Origin: Paramoeba atlantica
Lineage: Eukaryota; Protista; Discosea
Direction: 5' to 3'
Assembly: GCA_977017575.1 (NCBI GenBank)
Contig: CDRNVI010000051.1
Span: 248,001-312,000 of the forward strand
DNA: 64,000 bases
Positions 33,455 through 43,076 of the stretch are shown in pieces. The notes beneath the pieces are model-generated. The model was not told the origin of the DNA, made no database searches, and saw only the letters and a program-made list of their open reading frames with translations. The first letter of the stretch is position 1, and every line of letters starts with the position of its first letter. A program made the translations under genes and the position numbers.

Positions 33455-33843
33455 GAAGTAATCAAGTTTAAGTGGAGAAAAGTTTAAAGTGTAAGCAAAA
33501 AGGGACGTGAAATTTTGAAAATTCATAAATTTGCGAATATTGGTTCAGTTTAACCCTATGCGATTATTGTCCTGTTCCGAATACAGCATGATATCTCGAC
33601 GCTTAGCGTTGCCCACAACAAAGACGTAAGGCGGAAATCGGATAACTAAAGGAATCGTTGAAAATTTTGAATGAACACCGCTCGACGAGCGTGACGAGCG
33701 CTCCATCACTGGAGTACTGTCCACTAAAAATGAGGAGCCACAGGGTGATCCTGCGCGATCTCACACGATTTCGCGATTTAATCAAACGTCGAACGTGTAA
33801 ACTAATTACGGATTAACTCTTTCGTAAAGTGTCAAATTTGCAC

Positions 33844-34530
33844 TTACTCCAATTTACCCCCAAACTCAAATCCCTCCCTTTGCATGCCTAGCCACCGGTA
33901 AATCCGGTATACGGTCCAATCCAAGGACGGGATGGCTACGGGCTGGAGTCTTTGCCACTCCGCTCGTGCGGCATCCCCGAGTGGGGTCCTGGCGCTCAGC
34001 GCCTCGGAAAGAAGAGCGTAATGTGGGAAGTAGCGCTCATACCACTGTTCCGCGATCAGTGCCGCAAATGGGATCGCCCAGGCACCGTGCCGATACGTCC
34101 GTAGTCGACTTTGTGCGACGCGCAGGAGCAGATAACACGGGGGAAGGGAAGTCAGGAAAGGGGTGATAAAAAGCTGGGTCTTTTGCCACGGATAGGCATC
34201 CCAGAACGCCCTCTCCCGGGGCGTCTGTGGAAGTAAGTCATATCGTGAGAGGTCACACACATTATCCAGTAGCACATGGATGTTGTGCGCACGACGGCGG
34301 CAGTGAAATTCGGAGGGGGTTGCAGCCGGGAGAGGGATTTCGTACACAATGCCGTCCTCCCCTGGGTAGCCTCGTAAGCTTATGTCGTACGTGTCCTCGT
34401 GGGTGTGAGAATGAGCAGGCCGTGCGGGAAGTTTGGGGGAAGACCAAAGAAGGCCTTCCGTGACGTCCTGCGCGGCATCGGTAACCAACGACAAGATGTC
34501 ATGAATCTTGGGAGTTTCACCGGATTGCAT
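33844..34530 (-). CDS. Hypothetical protein
   Basis: 228-aa ATG-initiated ORF in a GC-rich island on the same strand as the gene cluster; no motif recognised. Confidence 0.55.
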   Translation of the reverse strand: MQSGETPKIHDILSLVTDAAQDVTEGLLWSSPKLPARPAHSHTHEDTYDISLRGYPGEDGIVYEIPLPAATPSEFHCRRRAHNIHVLLDNVCDLSRYDLLPQTPRERAFWDAYPWQKTQLFITPFLTSLPPCYLLLRVAQSRLRTYRHGAWAIPFAALIAEQWYERYFPHYALLSEALSARTPLGDAARAEWQRLQPVAIPSLDWTVYRIYRWLGMQREGFEFGGKLE

Positions 34531-35484
34531 AGTACCGGTAAATAGCCTCTAATTATTAGAGATGGAAATCCTAACCGCGAAATTAGTCGGTCCAACGCGA
34601 AGTAGCTTTCAAGTAAATTCCCTCACGGACTGTACAGGGAAAAAGCAAAATAAAATGTGAAATTTCGCAATGCATTAAAATTGAATTATATAAAAATATA
34701 CGAAAGCGGCACTTTGAGAATTTGAGAATGAAATTTATTTTTAAGTCTACTGTAGGTACGAATTACTACGTACGATTTTTTTTGGCAACATTCAAGGTGT
34801 ATCTGTACAAGGTGTATGTGTACAAGGTGTAGTTCTCCGACAAATAGAACGAGTCGCATTGCACGATATTTCAATCACGACCAGCTGGTTGTCGTTCAGT
34901 GCTTATCCTCATTGTTTTTCTCTTATCCTACGAACTATTACATCGATTTACTATCTCCCCCTACTTAAGAGACAGCCGATTTTGGACATTTGGACTCTTA
35001 AGTGGGGATATGTGTTTCTGTTATTAAATTCCGAAAAGAGTAGTTCCATCTTTTTTCCTTACAACTTTCTTTATTTATCGTTCCCGAACCCCTACCCCCC
35101 TACATCGTTACAAAAAATTGAAAGTCTTTAAAAAAACTATCCATTTGATAGCAATGCCAGGTACGACCATGAGAAGCCTCTTTATATCTCGTGACAAGTT
35201 TATCTATATTTCTCCGACAAGTAGAACGAGTCGCATTGCATTGACGAAGCAATCACGACCAGCTGGTTGTCGTTTGACTTTCCCTACTGATCTCAGTTTT
35301 CTCCTACTGGTTGTATAATTTTTTTCTAATGTGTTTTCGAAAAGGGTTCTGAAGTAGGGCACATGCATGTACTGTACTGCAATATAAAGCCATTACATGT
35401 ACAGGTACGTACAGGTAGCATATCTACATGTGCTAGCATGTACGTGATATAAGGCATCGTTCATACTATATTATTATCGAGTAC

Positions 35485-38052
35485 TTAATTCGGTTTACGA
35501 CATATATTTTTTCGTAATCGCTTCGGTAAGGAATCCAATGGAACATGTAACAGAAGTTCCTCGTCTATGCGAACAACTCTTAGTTTCTTGGGTAAGTACC
35601 TTCCACAAAGAAATTCTTGAAACTTATTTTGTCGGATGTCCAGAACTTGCAAAGTCTCTGAAAGTACTCTCAGGTCGACGAGGCCCTGAATTTGATTATG
35701 CGAGCACAATAGCTGTCGAATTTTGGGCGAGAGACTTGTAAAGTCTATTTCTCCGTAGAAGGTATTATCATTTAGGGCAATTTTCCATATGTTCGAGCGC
35801 GCGGAAAACAAATCATTCACTCTGCCCGTAAGTTGATTGTGTGAAACATCCAGCGTAAGCAGTGTTGAGGGAATAAACTCCAAAGTCATGTTTCCTTTTA
35901 GTGAAAGCGATTCAAATCGCAGCTCAGATATATTTTGCATGGGATCACACTTTACCCCGTGCCACAGGCAAGGCGAGTTTGAGGCTCTCCATGAAACATG
36001 AGGGTTTCTGATATGACGAACGAAACTGTACAGTTTTTCGTCATCACGAACAAACGTTTTTATCTGATCACATCTTCTTGAAGTTGTTGCAGGACGTCGA
36101 GCGATTCTTAGATCTGCCCTCTTTTCATCTGTGACCAGTGTCAGATTTTCCATTGAAACGAGTAAAAAGTGGGGTAACTGCAAACTTGGGTCCAACAAAA
36201 GTGGGTTTCCACGAAGGTTCGCAATTTGAAGACTTTTGGGAAAAGCACACCCTTCCTTAGGTATCACGATTGTATTAAGTAAATTACTCTGTATTCGGAG
36301 CATTTCCATCGAAGGGGGCAGTAAGGACAGCGACACTCCTCCAGAAAAATCGTTGGATGAGAGGTCAAGGACCTGAAGCCCAGTAGGAAGTGACGTTAAA
36401 TCTATGTGGCCCATGAATAAGTTCTTACGGAGCAGCAGTGTGTGTAGAAAACTGGGCAGTGCTTCCCACATTATCTGACCTCCTAGCCTATTCTCGCTTA
36501 AATCTAACACACGGAGGTCTCGAGGGATGTAGCGCCACGTAAGGTTGCCGAACAAACCAAACCGGGACCAGCGCAAAACGACAACTTGTTGCCACGCGTC
36601 ACATATCACAGGCCACCATTGTATACACACGGTTTTCCCTGTCAGCCAACTCGGGTGTTGCCCCGCAACATTGTGAATAAAACGAGGCAGAAGAACATCT
36701 TGGGACTCAAGCGCATCTAGCATTAGGTAAAATTGAGGGCTGATTTTAACCTCAGCAGGCGCTGTCTTTTGCCACCCGTACCGTACGTTGCATTTAAAAG
36801 AATCACGCACCTCAGGACTGATATTTGGGAGGTAATTTTCATGTAGCGAAATCTTAAATCCGATCGGCAACCCATCAAGTCCTTCAACTGATGTGAACTG
36901 ATTATGATCGGCCACAAGAGAACACAACTTTGGCGGAAGCCTGCTAAGATTCAAATGTCCTATAAACTCATTGTACGATATATCTAAGGAATTAAGGGAA
37001 TGCGGTAGATGGATAAGCGATACTTCACCAGACAGTTTGTTCTCTTTCGCGCATAGTCTCGTCAGCCGACGGGGAAGGTGCTCCGTATCAGTCTCGCCTC
37101 GAATTTGGTTCCGTGATATGTCAAAGCGCAGCAAATTTGTAGGCAGTTCTCGCCATGTCAAATTCCCACTTAGGTCCTCATCCTGCAAAGTTAACGCTAT
37201 CACTTCGCCCTGGGCATTACATTGCATGCCGTGCCACAAACAAACATTTTCAGATGATTTCCATGTATGATGACGCGGATATAAATTTTGGACAAGGAGT
37301 GACAAACTACGATACTGTTCATCGTATTTAGAGAGGCTCATGTTAATATTTTTGTCCTGTGCCTCGCAATAATTTTGTCGAAGGATGGTTTTCTGAGGTT
37401 CCACTAAAACAAACTCGGGCAACATGTCCAACAACTCTTCGCGTAGCGTAAACTCATTCCACTGCAGGGAAATCAGGATTAACCCAATAGGATAACTATT
37501 GTCACGTGCTAGCTCCAATTTCGTAAAGGAATTGTAGCGTAGCACTAAGCGCTGCATATCCCGCGGCAACCCGGTTAGATCGACAGAACCGTCGAGTCGA
37601 TTTCGTGACAAGTAGAGGCTCTGTAATTTGCTGGGCAACGAACTCAGCTGAACGTGACCTACAAAGTGGTTCCGATCAGCCCAGAGTGTCCAGAGTTTGC
37701 GAGGCAAGTAGCTGAGATCAACTTCCCCTGCGAGCCGGTTTCTATGTACATCCATAAAGCACAATTCCGAGGGAAGATATAGCCAGGATAGGTTACCGCT
37801 CAGGCCCTTTAGTTTCCACACAATTTTGTACACGTAGGGGGCGTGCAATCCCTTTTCACAGTACACACCACTCCATCTATCAATGGGCGTGTCGGAATTC
37901 CAAGTTTCATCAGGATTCTCGATGTTACGCACAAGCAGTTCCATCTTCATCTCATCCGGAAGAATCGATGCAGAAGACTTTGCCCCTTTCCGAACTCTGT
38001 TTCCTGGATCAGAGCAGGTGACGCGTGGCACTGAATTCATACCATTGGGCAT
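35485..38052 (-). CDS. Multi-module leucine-rich repeat protein (four cap+LRR modules)
   Basis: Four caps (RWSGVYC, CLWHGMQC, CIQWWPVIC, CLWHGVKC), each followed by LxxLDLSxNxxxG LRRs. First ATG is 38052; no obvious TM or kinase domain. Confidence 0.92.
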   Translation of the reverse strand: MPNGMNSVPRVTCSDPGNRVRKGAKSSASILPDEMKMELLVRNIENPDETWNSDTPIDRWSGVYCEKGLHAPYVYKIVWKLKGLSGNLSWLYLPSELCFMDVHRNRLAGEVDLSYLPRKLWTLWADRNHFVGHVQLSSLPSKLQSLYLSRNRLDGSVDLTGLPRDMQRLVLRYNSFTKLELARDNSYPIGLILISLQWNEFTLREELLDMLPEFVLVEPQKTILRQNYCEAQDKNINMSLSKYDEQYRSLSLLVQNLYPRHHTWKSSENVCLWHGMQCNAQGEVIALTLQDEDLSGNLTWRELPTNLLRFDISRNQIRGETDTEHLPRRLTRLCAKENKLSGEVSLIHLPHSLNSLDISYNEFIGHLNLSRLPPKLCSLVADHNQFTSVEGLDGLPIGFKISLHENYLPNISPEVRDSFKCNVRYGWQKTAPAEVKISPQFYLMLDALESQDVLLPRFIHNVAGQHPSWLTGKTVCIQWWPVICDAWQQVVVLRWSRFGLFGNLTWRYIPRDLRVLDLSENRLGGQIMWEALPSFLHTLLLRKNLFMGHIDLTSLPTGLQVLDLSSNDFSGGVSLSLLPPSMEMLRIQSNLLNTIVIPKEGCAFPKSLQIANLRGNPLLLDPSLQLPHFLLVSMENLTLVTDEKRADLRIARRPATTSRRCDQIKTFVRDDEKLYSFVRHIRNPHVSWRASNSPCLWHGVKCDPMQNISELRFESLSLKGNMTLEFIPSTLLTLDVSHNQLTGRVNDLFSARSNIWKIALNDNTFYGEIDFTSLSPKIRQLLCSHNQIQGLVDLRVLSETLQVLDIRQNKFQEFLCGRYLPKKLRVVRIDEELLLHVPLDSLPKRLRKNICRKPN

Positions 38053-38129
38053 GACATTCAATTAAACGTCGTAGCTGAAAATTGTTCTGTAGCAATGCTC
38101 TGAAAATTATTGAACCAGTCCAATCAATT

Positions 38130-38462
38130 TACTGTCACCCCCCCTTTATACTTCCGCCGGTTTCGGTACTTTTGGAAGTATAAAGGGGGGAGTCTGACTT
38201 TCGGAAGTATAAAGGGGGGGGTCTAATTTTTTGAAAAATCCGCGAAAAACACATGAACGAGCGAAATGGGAAATTGAAAGCACGAATGGCCTATATTTCA
38301 GCCTCAGAAGATGAGCAGATGAAATACAAGTAACTAATTTTATTACTGTCACTCCCCCCCTTTATACTTCCGCCGGTTTCGGTACTTTTGGAAGTATAAA
38401 GGGGGGGGGGTCTAACTTTCGGAAGTAAAAAGGGGGGGTCTGATTTTTTGAAAAATCCGCGA
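38130..38462. repeat. Two tandem copies of a TA-CTGT type transposon left end (about 105 bp, period about 214)
   Basis: tactgtcac.ccccc.tttatacttccg...ggaagtataaagggggg at 38130 and 38344; related to the end at 51811. Confidence 0.8.
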
Positions 38463-38946
38463 AGCAAATATTTTTGAAAAAGGGGCAGAAAAAAATGCGC
38501 CGCTTCGCGGCGCTGGTTTCCTATTATTCTAGCTAAAAATCAATCATCTAATCTCCAAACATGCAGGGCATAATGTTTGCTTCCGTGTTCCTCTTGCACA
38601 CAATCAACATACGCTGTATACTACGCTGTAGTGAATACGTGTCGGGACGATCTACCATTAGAAGCTTCTTGAGACAGTCTTTGAAACGAGGTACATTCGC
38701 CTTGCTGCAGCAGGCGCATGTCCGCGCTGGCTGTCATCTCGCCCAGTTCGCTAAGGAGGAGTTCGTTAATTTTTTCGCATCTCGACATGTTTGTCCTTGT
38801 GCAAACCCCATCGCGCTTGCGACTACGATAGATTTACTTTTTTCTGGAAAAATCCGACACCATTTTTCCGGATGGAGCGGATGGTTCGAGATCAGACGCT
38901 GTACTTCTCGCTGATTTGTTTATAGCAAAGCGACCATGAATGTGTA

Positions 38947-39270
38947 CTCCTCCTCTCATTAATTTCCATAAATATAAATTATAACAAAAAAGAAAATTTA
39001 TATTTATAGAAATTAATGAGAATGGTTAGGCAAAAAGTCCTGATTGATGATACTGCCTGATGGAAAAACGATATTTTTCTGCGATAAGCTATCGCGGAAC
39101 GTGAGATCCAAGGCCCTTGTCGGAAGTGAGGGTCAAATCTTTCTGCGGTGTTCTCCCCTCTATCCTAGCTTTTCCTGTTTTTTTTCTTCAAAAATAGAAT
39201 TTTTTGAAAATCTATATTTTTTTTTTGAAAAATTAGGAATGGCATTTATAGAAATTAATGAGAAGAGGAG
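38947..39270. mobile_element. MITE, 324 bp, 27-bp TIR, TA target duplication
   Basis: TA|ctcctcctctcattaatttccataaat ... atttatagaaattaatgagaagaggag|TA (2 mismatches); an extra inverted TIR copy at about 38995-39020. Confidence 0.85.
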
Positions 39271-39350
39271 TATGCAGTCTTTTCGGTATCCGCAATAATA
39301 AGGAGTACATTCCCACAAACCCCGCCTACTTTGTGTGCTGCACAACGACG

Positions 39351-40295
39351 CTACTTTTTCAACACCTTTTTCCTGGGAGAAGCGTCTTCGAGTAGAGGTA
39401 ACCCCAGTCTTTCTCGCACAAAATTAGACAAGGAAAAATACGAGAACCCGCCTTCATGCCAGTAATGTGATTTAATCCTATACCCTGTCTTGTCTTGTTC
39501 CCTCGATACGATCTCTATTTCCACAAAACCAACCACGGGGTAACGCGGAATTGTCACCTTATCCGAGACCCATTCCACGACCTCACTCCCTTTCCTCACC
39601 CACACAAATTGCACCTTTTTCTCCCCCCAGCTCGGGTCACACCCCAGCACACTAAACAACGCCCCTACCTTTTCTTTCTCCGTAAAAAGAATCACGATGT
39701 TAAGGTTTCGTACCCCCCCATCATCGTCTTTTTCTCCTTTTCCCTGTTTCCGGTAACCCCCCCTCTTCCCTGCGTCCACCCCCAACCCCTCCACCCTCCC
39801 CACCCCCCTCACGCAGCTCGGCTCCACCATCCCCAGCATAAACGCGGCCATCTCGCGTGCCCCCCTCCCCCCCTCATACGGTCGCCACCCCTTGGTTTTG
39901 TTCATGCCGTAGACCACCAGCGTGGGGAACCCTTTCACCTTATACTTATGGGCGATGGGTTTGTGCTTATCGGCATTGATCGCAGCCACTGCAATCACGC
40001 CTTTGGTCTTCGTGGCTACGGCCTCGAGCGCGGGTCGGAGGGCGTGGCAGTGGGCACACCAGGGCGCGTGGAGGAGGAGGAGGAGGGGGCGGTGGGGGTG
40101 GGAGGCGAGGAGGAGGGCGTCGAGGGCAGCGGGGGTGGGGAGATCGGTGACGGCGCTGCCTGTGTTGGGGTTTTGTTTTGGATTTTTATGGGATGATGAT
40201 GAGGAGGAGGAGGAGGAGGGAAGAGCGGGAAGGGAAGGGGAGAGGAGGGGGGAGAGGAAGAGGAGGAGAAGGTGGGATGAGGTGGGAGGGTTCAT
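39351..40295 (-). CDS. Protein disulfide isomerase / thioredoxin-fold protein
   Basis: Hydrophobic N-terminal stretch; HAPWCAHCHALRP active site; KYKVKGFPTL cis-Pro loop; YEGGR; second non-catalytic domain. Confidence 0.88.
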   Translation of the reverse strand: MNPPTSSHLLLLFLSPLLSPSLPALPSSSSSSSSSHKNPKQNPNTGSAVTDLPTPAALDALLLASHPHRPLLLLLHAPWCAHCHALRPALEAVATKTKGVIAVAAINADKHKPIAHKYKVKGFPTLVVYGMNKTKGWRPYEGGRGAREMAAFMLGMVEPSCVRGVGRVEGLGVDAGKRGGYRKQGKGEKDDDGGVRNLNIVILFTEKEKVGALFSVLGCDPSWGEKKVQFVWVRKGSEVVEWVSDKVTIPRYPVVGFVEIEIVSREQDKTGYRIKSHYWHEGGFSYFSLSNFVRERLGLPLLEDASPRKKVLKK

Positions 40296-40609
40296 GTAGG
40301 GCGGAGTCACGATTAATTTCTTTTGAAGTTAATAACTTTTTTTAGTAATACTGACCCCTCCGTTTAAGCGCACCGGTTAAACGAAAAAATGTTTTTTTTA
40401 GAAAACAAGGCGCCGTGAGTTTTGGAAAGGGAAGGCACGCAAGAGCTTAGACGTACAGAAACAGTATCTTTACGATTGGAAGGATTAGAGCTTTGCGAAT
40501 TTTAATTCCTCAGAGCCCAAAACAATTTTTTTTTTAGCCAGTCAGGTTGAGCCCTGAGTCCCAGCAAAATATGTAAAGCACTATGTACAAAAAAACAAAA
40601 TTTATTGAA

Positions 40610-41827
40610 TTATAAACCGTCGTCAGAATCTCCACTAACGTCGCCGTCGCTACACGAACTCTCGCTGACTTCCTCCCATTCAGGATTTTCAGCCCCGTAG
40701 TGTAGCAGGACGCAGTTAAAAAGATTCTGCATCCGACATTGCCAAGCTTGGTCTCTACCCATGTGAGTAGCATCAAGCTTCACGCACTGAAGTGCAACAT
40801 TCCGCTGGAGTTGCAAAGGGGTGGCCCCGTAATTGTAATGTTGACGCTTAACCCAACCCTTTATGGTACCGTGGACGCCCTCCGAGTGGTTGGTATGATA
40901 CCCTTGATAGGTCATGAACTCCTTACTGTGGTTCACCGCGTAATGCCGGCAATACTCACCGAGGTTGGCGTACCTTTTCCAGCAATCGCTGACCACAGCA
41001 GTCCGCGCGCTGGCCAGATGCGGGAGAATGAAGGAATGCAGAGTTTCCAGGTCACGACGCTTTACCATCTTCCAATGGGTAAGATCCATTTTCCGACGCT
41101 CCTGCTCAGTTAGTGTTGCAAACCACCAACCCGGCTGGCGTTGTCGACGACGTCGGTTGTATTTCCGCTTACCAATGAACGTCTCGTCCACTTGGATTCG
41201 CGAAAAAGAGTGATCAAATTTGCGTTCTTGATCAAGCGCAGCCTCCCCGAGGTTACGCAAGATTTCCTCTACAACCTTTCTTCCGATACCACGGTTCCTG
41301 CAAATCTGTCCAGTGCATAAATGGTTAGCGATATCGGCCCACACCAAGAGAAGCATGCTCGGAGTCAGCAAAGTGCGCGTAGAAATATATGGAAGAAATC
41401 TGCTAACGTGCGCTCGGCAAGAATTCCGATAACCAGGTTCACGGTGCACACAAAGCCGCATCCGATCATTACCCGGGATGTCAACCATGAACTGGTTCCC
41501 ATGATTTGGGCATTCGGGGAGGGCAAACAGACCATGACACTTCATCCACTTCTCCGCATCATTCCCCTGAGGAATAGCGGCAACGCTTCGCCATAGCCTC
41601 ACGCAGGCGTATCCCGGACACCCCTTACAAATCGGCCGAAGCTCAAGATTTCGCCACGTACGGCGTGGTGTACCATTAGTTTCAACGAGGTCTGGCTGAG
41701 TCCCATCACGTTGATCACCACCCTGCCGATCATCCCGCCGTTGCGCAGTGTATTCGAAGGCCGCAAGAAACCGCGCAAACAACCTCTCGGCACCCTGAGA
41801 AAACAAATCCTCGTCCCCAGGATCCAT
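40610..41827 (-). CDS. Merlin/IS1595-like transposase with an intact DDE triad
   Basis: IQVDETFIGKRKYNR, VVSDCWKRY, AVNHS, GYHTNHSEG; N-terminal Cys/His motifs; acidic tail. TIRs not found. Confidence 0.9.
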   Translation of the reverse strand: MDPGDEDLFSQGAERLFARFLAAFEYTAQRRDDRQGGDQRDGTQPDLVETNGTPRRTWRNLELRPICKGCPGYACVRLWRSVAAIPQGNDAEKWMKCHGLFALPECPNHGNQFMVDIPGNDRMRLCVHREPGYRNSCRAHVSRFLPYISTRTLLTPSMLLLVWADIANHLCTGQICRNRGIGRKVVEEILRNLGEAALDQERKFDHSFSRIQVDETFIGKRKYNRRRRQRQPGWWFATLTEQERRKMDLTHWKMVKRRDLETLHSFILPHLASARTAVVSDCWKRYANLGEYCRHYAVNHSKEFMTYQGYHTNHSEGVHGTIKGWVKRQHYNYGATPLQLQRNVALQCVKLDATHMGRDQAWQCRMQNLFNCVLLHYGAENPEWEEVSESSCSDGDVSGDSDDGL

Positions 41828-42158
41828 AAAAGGTGAAAGTAGAAAAAAAGCCTTAAGGAAGCAAGATAATTCATACTAATTATTGCCTCTGGTCAATCCT
41901 GCGGAAGTAGCAGACAGAGGTTCTCAGTGCGCGACCCGCGCGCTGGAGCGCGAGGGTCGCAAAAAAATATAATTATGTCCCAGGGTTACGCCCACAGTTG
42001 GGCCTTGCTCGCAGACGTGGGCTTCGCTCACAGTTGGGCCTCTAGACAGGTAAACTAGGTGTCGCAGCCATTCCAGTCGGAGGGGAAAATATTTTTTGGG
42101 GAAATAAATTTTTTTTGTGGAAAAAATTGCATCCCCAGGGGGCACGTTCATTGAATGT

Positions 42159-42468
42159 TCAACGAACGGGCACTCAGTTCGTTGAAGACTCAACGAACGG
42201 GCACTCAGTTTGTTGAAGATTCAACGAACGTTCCCTCAAGCCGAAAACTATGCCTAACGGTTGCCAAACACATACGATCACAATGCAAGATCGCTTGGAG
42301 ATTTGTCGCTCCCTTCTAAGTGTAAGTCAGCTATGCCGCAAATACGGAACAACAAGATGGACGATTATGAGGACGAAAAGCAAAGGTGAGGCTCACGTAA
42401 ATCGGGGGGACGGGATAGAAAACGGGAACGTGGTTTTAACAGCGAGCGTCAGTTGTGAAAATGTCTAA
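42159..42468 (+). pseudogene. pogo/CENP-B-like HTH fragment preceded by 31-bp hairpin repeats
   Basis: ITMQDRLEICRSLLSVSQLCRKYGTTRWTIMR resembles a CENP-B/psq HTH; tcaacgaacgggcactcagtt(c/t)gttgaag repeats at 42159, 42190 and 42221. Confidence 0.55.
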
Positions 42469-43076
42469 CATTTTCTATTCTGCTATTTACCCTATAAATT
42501 AAAGGTGCGTTCCGAGTTTCAACTACTGTGCTACTGCTGCTGTGCTACTACTACGTGCTTAGTTACTCGTGTAATTGATTTTTTGGGACACTGGGTTTTT
42601 TTCCGCTGCGCTACTAACCACAACCAGTAAGCTTTTTCCCCTACCTGTGAGTATTTATGACATTATTTATTGACACTGTATATTGAAAATGGAAGAAGTG
42701 TGTGAGGAACTATGGGCGAGATAAATATAGTTTATTCTTCCCAACGGGAAAGCATGGTCGGGACCGTAATATAAAAAAAGGAAATTCGGGATAGAGGTGA
42801 CGTAGAGCGTTGTAGTGGGAAAGGGGTAAAGAAATAAATAAGATAGGTTTACGGGAGAAGGGGTGATTTTGGGATAAAAAAGGGGTAAGGCGTGAAGGTT
42901 GTGGGTGTGATCGTGATGTGCTTCTCTTTGTTTTGCGAGGGCAAAAGGATGCACATTTCTCTGTAAGCGAAAGCAACAGGGGAATGGACTGTAAAGAACG
43001 TGGAGAACCCTGTAAATCGTATTAGGAGGAATCCGAATACCATAAGATGCAGCGAGGCATCGCACTTAGGTATTTT

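Noticed and set aside
2203-41827. Bacterial IS elements / prokaryotic contig
   Set aside because: Flanking genes are eukaryote-specific (PI4K, RAD5/16, UPF1, PDI), with no operon or RBS structure; the IS5- and IS1595-like motifs fit Harbinger and Merlin.
42667-43065. Short hydrophobic ORFs downstream of TOP3A and in other AT-rich spacers
   Set aside because: Low-complexity intergenic sequence with no motifs.
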